From assembly GCA_045863395.1 (NCBI GenBank), contig BTVJ01000013.1:32001-96000 (forward strand): a DNA stretch of 64,000 nt, in the 5' to 3' direction. A program made the position numbers and the translations under genes. Below, piece after piece: positions 58,501 through 64,000 of the stretch. The stretch is from Myxococcales bacterium. Its GTDB lineage: Bacteria; Myxococcota_A; UBA9042; JABWCM01; BTVJ01. Positions within the stretch are counted from its first letter, which is position 1, and every line of letters starts with the position of its first letter. The notes beneath the pieces were generated by a model, which did no database searches, was not told the origin of the DNA, and saw only the letters and a list, made by a program, of their open reading frames with translations.

Positions 58501-59759
58501 CCTACCACGTAAAGGGCGAGACCATCCCCTGGTCTGGCGGCTGCGGCGTGATCCGGGGCCTGGGCAGCGAGGTGTGGCTCTTCAACGGTGACGCAGCGGT
58601 GCGCTTCGACACGGCGACCCTGACGCAGGGCACGGGCCAGGTGACCTTCGACCCCGACCCTGCGAACCCCACGGCGCGTGTCTGCACGGGCGCGCTGGCG
58701 CAGGTGGGCGGCAAGACGCTCCTGTACGGGGTCAACGTGGATCTGAAGCCCACCCCGCTCCTCTTCGTGGCCGACGTGACGGGCCTCTCCGGGAACGTGG
58801 CGGCGGCTCCGGTCACCAGCCCCTTCTTCGCCCCGATGCCAGGCGCGGACCCTTACACCGTCCGGTACGTGCAGGCGCTCATCCACGACGGGGAGCTGTG
58901 GCTCCTCGAGCGCAACGACCCCTGGAACAACCTGCGCAACGCCGTCCACCGGGCCCCGATCGGCGCCGACGGGAGCCTGGCCTTCGACATGAGCCGCGCG
59001 TCGGACATCGTCGCAGGCTGGACCACCAGCGGAGACCCGGGGATGGTCCTCGCCCCCGTCCTCGGCACGCCCCACCTGTTCGTCGGCAACCAGGGGTCGA
59101 TCAGCGTCTTCGACGTGTCCGGGCCACCGGTGCGCCTCAACTACAACACGGACGGCGATGGCGTGCAGGACGACCTGGACACCGCCTGGTATGGCCGCGG
59201 CATCCAGGCCTTCGCGGTCTCGCCGGACGGGGCGCGGCTGTACGCGCTCCCCTGGGAGAAGAGCGGCGCGCTCCCCCATGCGACGTTCACGGTTCCCCTC
59301 GTGGGCGGGGGCAAGGCCAAGACCACCGCGGACCGCTACCGGGCGGTGGTCATCGATCTGACCAAGGCGCTGCCCGTGCCCGACCCGGCGGTCAACAACG
59401 GCAACGGCGTCGATCTCAACTGGTACTGGTTCAAGCAGCTCATCGCGGCGTCGGGCGCCTCACCGCTGCCGCCCATGTTCCCGACCTACCGCCGGCAGCT
59501 CGCGGCGTCGGCGAAGTCGCTGTTCCTGGTCGGCTTCGACAACGACGACGGCGCCGGCTCTGCGCTGGCCAACGGGGCGGACGTCGCGACCTTCGACCTG
59601 GCCACCGGCAAGGGGCACCTCTGGCGCGGCTACGAGTACCAGGGCATCTCCAACGCCGCGGGCCTGTGGGGCTATGACCTGGGCGTGAGCGGCGGCGTGG
59701 ACGACGCGAACCTCAAGGGCGGGCGTGCGAAGAACGCGGGGGTGCTGTTCGTGCCGTAG
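55503..59759 (+). CDS. Large surface lipoprotein with Big_2-like domains and an internally duplicated ~480-aa beta-rich domain
   Basis: Lipobox AVSC, Asp-rich stalk, Cys-rich segment, two ITWxSSDP Ig-like units, repeated GHL...GTHD...GCG...WLFNG...FDTAT...SPDG..LYALP...KNAGVL. Confidence 0.8.
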   Translation: MKSERLVALICAVATLLAVSCGGGHDVASDITIPSDTGSGGDGDTLGADATDDSGGAAGDAAIDDTADATSAADAGDSTPSPDSGDSANADTAQPGCGSDADCPATQHCGAGACIDDICAQGTVACKDGDIWECNASGSGETKAADCQGLGCEDAACLGPAWIEIAPLGTDIVAVGQSLTLTATAWDPAGAPVSVPITWASSDPTILDATGAGVVTGLVAGGGDKLAPDGTLVVTATAGGTTESIALQVVQLDQGSGLQFVQVALSADPGSDGRAHYDGVYQTKTSPPVNACNPYGAGPCSWHVADARVFAGADIEVQALGAGKWSSFGKGLLEYPALVNADGLAVAPPAPRPLAITWSSSDPAVAVVEGGFVRGVSPGAATIGATIGPQTWTLDVVVYDQYGYHPTDGFVSGVDPEDGHLVLFSSSAGAAIAGTHDAVRYVDLADYRNLDFRPSQHGPQGVRLVEHLGGTFEKHPGFGCGMVQGAGSVVWLFNGWTAIPFDTATATQVGGLHKVMWRPDGAATGANAVCSGVFVKAGGRDWLIGFDAKPTTYAAFVADVTDLVTGDVTAIGVDDALFTQSPALEFYSPTLWDDGADQWLLFMEQTPKNDATKPNKLRAARLTASGGSLLVEPDTTRTIETAPTPNAPDDQGEAPALIVASAGGAPFVFVGNKDGVTVIDAVAWDIVHMGPAGSIDPALQDLDTRRFGQNIKAFALSPDGATLYALPETSYPVAPFFNTKVEWKNANGATQSTNMTVHRLALIDLTGALPRLMVDPATDPSECFLVAGCTAEQRQYGYDLNLLALKRWMLDTGFAPSTGAILPPQAMNVRQLAVGENAVFLIGRDNPDGVGTALGNLSDVAVIDLATGRMPVFRGWRSDPGKLLGLSDPFGFRVGEGDALLGDARVKNAGVLYVAGPPPAEKAGDGAPHGEDAPMEHTGAYADAPAPASEPGHLLLLSSSHQKASDGTHDVVRRLDLSKADWPEQDFDPATAGAQGKGLTYHVKGETIPWSGGCGVIRGLGSEVWLFNGDAAVRFDTATLTQGTGQVTFDPDPANPTARVCTGALAQVGGKTLLYGVNVDLKPTPLLFVADVTGLSGNVAAAPVTSPFFAPMPGADPYTVRYVQALIHDGELWLLERNDPWNNLRNAVHRAPIGADGSLAFDMSRASDIVAGWTTSGDPGMVLAPVLGTPHLFVGNQGSISVFDVSGPPVRLNYNTDGDGVQDDLDTAWYGRGIQAFAVSPDGARLYALPWEKSGALPHATFTVPLVGGGKAKTTADRYRAVVIDLTKALPVPDPAVNNGNGVDLNWYWFKQLIAASGASPLPPMFPTYRRQLAASAKSLFLVGFDNDDGAGSALANGADVATFDLATGKGHLWRGYEYQGISNAAGLWGYDLGVSGGVDDANLKGGRAKNAGVLFVP

Positions 59760-59773
59760 GGCGCGAAGGGGGG

Positions 59774-60559
59774 TCAGGTGGGGTCCTCGATGCCGTGCTG
59801 GCGGAGCAACGCCAGGAGCCGCTCCGCCCGCTCGCGCTCCGCTTCCGCGCGCGCGTGCTCCGACTCGGCGCGCTCGCGCTCGGCCTCGGCGCGCGCGCGC
59901 TCGGCCTCGGCGCGCTCCGCCCCGGTCGGGACCGGCTCCCCGTCGAGGTGCCAGCGGAGCCAGCGGGCCCTCACGCCCTCGAAGGTGCCCTCCCAGGGGC
60001 GGAGCTCCAGCCCTACGTTCGGGAACACGAGCGGCGACATGGTCACGTACAGGTCGCCGCTCAGGCGGAAGCCGACGAGCTCCTCGGACAGGGCGATGAG
60101 CGCCGGGTCCCACACCACGTAGTAGGCGACCCGCATGCGCGCGTAGCCGCGGCGCCGCTTCTTGAGCTCGCCGCCCTTGCGGTTGGACACGACCTCGATG
60201 ACCACGTCCGGGGGCTTGCCCATCTCCCAGACGAAGTAGGTGTTGTGGCGTTTCTCGGCCGCGAAGTCGGGATTCACCGCCACATCGAGGCTGAGCATCG
60301 CGTCCGGCACCAGCGGGCGCTCGGCGGGCGAGGAAAACACCCCCACGTTGGCCATGGCCACGAAGGATCGACGCCCGCCCTCCTCGTCGAGGGGACCGGA
60401 CCACGAGGAGAAGAGGGGCTCGGTGAGCAGGCGCTGCTGCTTCTCGGAGTAGATCCCGTCCACGGGCTCGTCGTCCTCGATCTCGATGTGGCTGATGTCG
60501 GGCGGCTCGACGAGCGGCTCGTCCGGCGGTGGCTTCAGGTTGGCGAAGGGGTCGATCAT
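59774..60559 (-). CDS. Uma2/DUF820 family PD-(D/E)XK nuclease-like protein with coiled-coil tail
   Basis: EPVDGIYSEKQQRLL, VPDAML, GKPPDVVIEVVS, YYVVWDP, WLRW, AERAEAE heptads. Confidence 0.88.
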   Translation of the reverse strand: MIDPFANLKPPPDEPLVEPPDISHIEIEDDEPVDGIYSEKQQRLLTEPLFSSWSGPLDEEGGRRSFVAMANVGVFSSPAERPLVPDAMLSLDVAVNPDFAAEKRHNTYFVWEMGKPPDVVIEVVSNRKGGELKKRRRGYARMRVAYYVVWDPALIALSEELVGFRLSGDLYVTMSPLVFPNVGLELRPWEGTFEGVRARWLRWHLDGEPVPTGAERAEAERARAEAERERAESEHARAEAERERAERLLALLRQHGIEDPT

Positions 60560-60740
60560 GGGGACAGGATGGGAGAGTCCCGCGGGCGGGTCAAGGGTGA
60601 TCATGGCGACGGGAGGGGACCTCCACGCGGCCGCCCGCAGTTGCCTTCCGCTCCCTGGTCTGTATCATCGTGCAGGCCCGGCGCCGTCGGGACAAGCCAG
60701 ACAACCTGCGCCTCCCCGCGCCCCACCGATGGAGCTCCTC

Positions 60741-61769
60741 ATGCGGCTCGCTGCGCGCCTCGGCCTCGCCCTGGCACTCCTGGCATCCCCCGCGCTCGCC
60801 AACGACGGTGAGTTCTACGGTGCGGGAGCCACGGTCTACCCGGTCACGAACAGCGCCATCTCCATGGACACCGAGACGCTGGTCATCGAGCAGCGCGGCC
60901 CGCTGTCCACCTACGTGGACCACTGGCTGGTCAACGTGCGCTACGAGTTCGTCAACACGACGGACGCTCCGGTGACGGTCCAGATGGGCTTCCCCGAGCA
61001 CTGCCAGCGCACGGTGGATGACATGGACGTGGAGAGCCCGTCCTGCAAGAAGCCCGCGATTCGCGACTTTACGGCCCGCATCGACGAGCAGCCCGTCAAG
61101 GTCACCATCAAGACCCCGAAGAAGGAGGAGGCGGGCGCCCTGCCCGGCACCGTCTTCGACCGGGTCCACACCTTCCCCGTCAGCTTCAAGCCCAAGGAGC
61201 GGGTGGTCGTGGAGCACTCCTACACCCACCGGGGGCGCATCATCAGCCCCATGCACAGCGGCATCGACTACATCTTGCGCACCGGCGGGCTCTGGAAGGG
61301 GCCCATCCGCGACTTCGACATGCGCATCGTGCTCAAGGGCAAGTGGGGCGAGATCCTCGACGAGAACGAGGAGGGCAAGCGCCTCCCCAAGCCGACGTTC
61401 GAGGGGTGGCAGGGCGGCACCTACCAGATGCGCTGGCAGCTCAAGGACTTCACGCCGGCCGCCGACGTCGCCTTCCTGCTGCAGGAGCCCCTGGTCGTGA
61501 TGGCGCGAGAGGACGTGCTCCGGCCCGCCATGCTGGCGGCGGAGGAGGACCCGGCCTCCCTGGACGCCAGGTCTGCCGAGGAGCTGCGGCTCCTGCGGAA
61601 CCTGCCCTACGCCCTGCTGGGCTACACGTTCAAGGACGCCGGCCTGCGCGCCCACTTCGAGAAGCAGCCGTGGTATGCGGCGCGGGCGGACTTCGACGAC
61701 AAGTGGCTCGGCAAGGACGACCGCGCGTTCATCGAGCGCGTCAAGGCCGCGGAGAAGCGCAAGAAGTAA
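60741..61769 (+). CDS. DUF4424-like + YARHG-like secreted protein
   Basis: Signal ALAND, ISMDTETL, YEFVN...MGFP, YILRTGGLWKGPI; C-terminal ELRLLRN.PYA..GY.FK...HFEKQPWY. Confidence 0.78.
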   Translation: MRLAARLGLALALLASPALANDGEFYGAGATVYPVTNSAISMDTETLVIEQRGPLSTYVDHWLVNVRYEFVNTTDAPVTVQMGFPEHCQRTVDDMDVESPSCKKPAIRDFTARIDEQPVKVTIKTPKKEEAGALPGTVFDRVHTFPVSFKPKERVVVEHSYTHRGRIISPMHSGIDYILRTGGLWKGPIRDFDMRIVLKGKWGEILDENEEGKRLPKPTFEGWQGGTYQMRWQLKDFTPAADVAFLLQEPLVVMAREDVLRPAMLAAEEDPASLDARSAEELRLLRNLPYALLGYTFKDAGLRAHFEKQPWYAARADFDDKWLGKDDRAFIERVKAAEKRKK

Positions 61770-61778
61770 GGGGCTCGG

Positions 61779-63026
61779 CTACCCCGCCTCCACCACCACG
61801 GTCCCGATGAGCGTCCTCAGCGCCTGCTCCACCACCGCAGTGTCCGGGTGGCGGACGATGGCGTAGCCCTCCCCCTCGTAGCTCGTGCTGCGCTGCTGCC
61901 CGGCCAGCGGGAGCTTGGCCTCGACGACCAGGTGCCCCACCGCGCGCTGCGCCTCGTCCAAGCCCCGCACCGCGGCGATCCTGCTGCCGTGACCCTGGGC
62001 GCGGAAGAAGGCCACCCCCGCCGCGTACTTGCGCTCGGGCGGGGTGAAGCGCCCGAAGACGGCCAGCTCCGCCCAGACCCGGATGAAGTCCACGTCGTGG
62101 GCGTAGCTGTTGAGCGCCATGATCTGCGCCCCCGGCGGCCGCGCCGCCACCTCGCTGATCGCCACGGACCCGTCGGGGCGGCGGAACCACTCCATGTGGC
62201 TGATGCCGGTCTTCATGCCCAGCGCCGCGAGGGCCTTGTGCCCGTAGGGGCGGATCGCGCGGATCTCGTCGTTGTCCACCTCCCGGGGGAGGCTGACCGT
62301 CCACTGGATCCAGCCGTTCTCCAGCACCACGAGCGGCGGCGGCTCGTAGCGGGTCTGGGAGTCCCACACCGGCCGGCCGTCGATGCTGACGGTCTCGAAG
62401 GAGCGCTCCTGGCCGATGACCATCTCCTCGATGACCCACGGCGTCTGAGGGGTCGGGCGGGCGTGGCCGAGGACCCGCTCCAGCTCATCCATGCGGTTGA
62501 TGCGGCTCGTCGCCACGGAGCCCGCCCCGGCCAGCGGCTTGAACACCACCGGCAGCCCCAGCTCCGCCACGAAGCGCCGCGCGTCGTCCGGCGCCTCGAC
62601 GCGTGCGTGCCTCGCGCAAGGCAGGCCCGCCGCCCGCAGCACCTCCTTCATGCGCGCCTTGTCGCGGAAGTTGCGCGCCGCCTCCAGGCCCATGCCGCCT
62701 GCGCCGCCGGGCCCGGAGATGCCAAGGGCGTCGCGCACCGCGGCGATCTGCTCCTGGAGCTGCTCCAGGGTCCCGATCAGGCGCACCGTGTGCGGCTCGG
62801 CGCCGAGCTGCCCCGCCACGTGGCGCACCGCGCGGGCCAGCTCGTTCGCGTCCATGGCGTCGTGGACCCGATAGTGGCCGCGCAGGGCGCCCCGCAGCAC
62901 CGGCGGCAGGGACTCCAGCGCGTCCTGGCTGATCAGGCCGAGGCGCACGCCCGGCAGCCCCGCGACCGTGGCGACGAAGCGTGTGGTGGCCTCCAGGAAG
63001 AAGGGGGCGGCGAAGATCACGTTCAT
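61779..63026 (-). CDS. ATP-grasp domain protein (putative peptide/amide ligase)
   Basis: FRDKARMK, VVFKPLAGAGS, IEE, SHMEWF, SEVAARPPG. Confidence 0.88.
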   Translation of the reverse strand: MNVIFAAPFFLEATTRFVATVAGLPGVRLGLISQDALESLPPVLRGALRGHYRVHDAMDANELARAVRHVAGQLGAEPHTVRLIGTLEQLQEQIAAVRDALGISGPGGAGGMGLEAARNFRDKARMKEVLRAAGLPCARHARVEAPDDARRFVAELGLPVVFKPLAGAGSVATSRINRMDELERVLGHARPTPQTPWVIEEMVIGQERSFETVSIDGRPVWDSQTRYEPPPLVVLENGWIQWTVSLPREVDNDEIRAIRPYGHKALAALGMKTGISHMEWFRRPDGSVAISEVAARPPGAQIMALNSYAHDVDFIRVWAELAVFGRFTPPERKYAAGVAFFRAQGHGSRIAAVRGLDEAQRAVGHLVVEAKLPLAGQQRSTSYEGEGYAIVRHPDTAVVEQALRTLIGTVVVEAG

Positions 63027-63035
63027 GGGCGCTCC

Positions 63036-63764
63036 CTATGTGAGCTCGTTCAGGTAGTACGGCAGCATGACCCGCCAGGTGGGCCAGTCGTGGTCCCACT
63101 CGTGGCCCCACAGGATCACGCGGTTGGGCACCCCCCGGCTCCCGAGCGCGTTGGCGATGCCCCAGGCCTGGCCCGGGCTCTCCCAGCGCCCCTGGCCCGA
63201 GACCAGCAGGACGAAGCGGCGCCGGAGCTGCTCCAGGAGGGGGCCCTCCTCCATGTAGGGCAGGAAGTGCACCGGCGACGACACGTGGAAGTCGAAGGTG
63301 TGCTCGCCGTTGTTCCAGGGCGAGAGATCATAGGTGCCGCTCATGCCGATGGCCGTACAGAAGGCGTCCGGGTGGCGGCACAGCGCGGCGACTGCGTTGA
63401 AGGCGCCGAAGCTCGCGCCCGCGGTGATGATCTCGATGTCGTCGCTCTTGCAGTCGGTGCGGATGGCCGGCACCAGCTCCTGCGCCACGAACTCGTCGAA
63501 GCGGTTCTGCATCCACGCCTTGTGGGCGCCGGACGCGCCGCTGTCCACCCAGGTGCGGCCCGCCACGCTGTCACAGGAGTAGACCTTGATGCGCCCCGCC
63601 TCGATGAGCGGCCAGAGCGCCGCGATGAGGCGCATGCGCTCGGCCTCCTCGCAGTCGCCGCCGGCGGTGGGGAACAGCAGCACCGGGCGGCCGTAGGTGC
63701 CGTAGCGAACGACGCCCACCTCGCGCCCCACCCGGTTCGAGTACCAACCAGTCTTCAGCTTCAC
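63036..63764 (-). CDS. Putative esterase (alpha/beta hydrolase)
   Basis: AAGGAGG then GTG; YG.YGRPVLLFPT, GASFG nucleophile elbow, MSGTYD, HDWPTW. Confidence 0.85.
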   Translation of the reverse strand: MKLKTGWYSNRVGREVGVVRYGTYGRPVLLFPTAGGDCEEAERMRLIAALWPLIEAGRIKVYSCDSVAGRTWVDSGASGAHKAWMQNRFDEFVAQELVPAIRTDCKSDDIEIITAGASFGAFNAVAALCRHPDAFCTAIGMSGTYDLSPWNNGEHTFDFHVSSPVHFLPYMEEGPLLEQLRRRFVLLVSGQGRWESPGQAWGIANALGSRGVPNRVILWGHEWDHDWPTWRVMLPYYLNELT

Positions 63765-64000
63765 GCGCTCGCCTCCTTGGTGGCGGCGAGCCGGTCCGCC
63801 TCCGTCTTGCACCAGAACTGGATGAGCCCGAAGAAGTGGTCCGTGAAGGTCTCGACCTCGTGGGCGGGGTAGAGCGCCGCCACCTTGGCCCGGACGATGT
63901 CCTTGGCCTCGCCGGTCCGGAAGAACTCCAGGGCCACCTCGTTCAGGTGCGGCAGGTGCGTCCGGCAGAACTCGGCGAAGCGGTCCGCCTCCATGCGCTC
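63761..64000 (-). CDS. 3' end of an upstream gene (probably another ATP-grasp protein), truncated by the window edge
   Basis: Open frame to the window end; FxxFC..HL.HL.EV...FF...V...YP.HE...F..HF tail; overlaps the esterase start (GTGA). Confidence 0.55.
   Translation of the reverse strand, partial: ERMEADRFAEFCRTHLPHLNEVALEFFRTGEAKDIVRAKVAALYPAHEVETFTDHFFGLIQFWCKTEADRLAATKEASA

Noticed and set aside
59774..60559. Uma2 nuclease as part of a defence system or mobile element
   Set aside because: It is a solitary gene with no methylase, antitoxin or terminal repeats; such paralogues are commonly scattered in genomes.

Overview
Very GC-rich bacterial DNA that looks like Myxococcota / deltaproteobacterial sequence. 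This is an inference from the CDDGDPCTxDxC Cys-rich repeat proteins, AgmC-like domain, FHA-sigma54 activator, Ser/Thr kinases and many lipoproteins with Asp/Ala/Pro-rich stalks. About 48 CDS and one tRNA-Leu(GAG) are supported. Recognisable core genes: rsmG, lnt, pgk-tpiA-secG-tRNA-Leu, hrcA-grpE and a NatAB-like ABC exporter. There is a complete NorR / quinol-dependent NO reductase module with three GT-N7-AC boxes and a sigma54 promoter. The rest is largely secreted or surface proteins (three Cys-rich repeat proteins, a mosaic fibre/AgmC-like adhesin, DUF3160, Kelch, SMP-30, Big_2, MepA, SLT, DUF1287, YARHG) and ATP-grasp ligases. Most unusual observations: (1) a lipoprotein gene, first of three tandem paralogues, whose start codon must lie inside or upstream of the tRNA-Leu gene; (2) a minus-strand block at 12.5-19.5 kb with two sigma54 promoters, each preceded by a GTGT-N13-ACAC palindrome, linking a CxxC-rich secreted protein, DUF4920-like, PepSY-TM, DUF3160 and an orphan ATP-grasp ligase; (3) a protein with a type IV pilin-like helix at its C-terminus, coupled to an ABC permease-CPBP protease fusion; (4) several apparent pseudo-enzymes; (5) a homopolymer frameshift in a sigma54 activator. 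No CRISPR, rRNA, integrase or transposase was seen. All family calls come from motif recognition by eye, not database searches.
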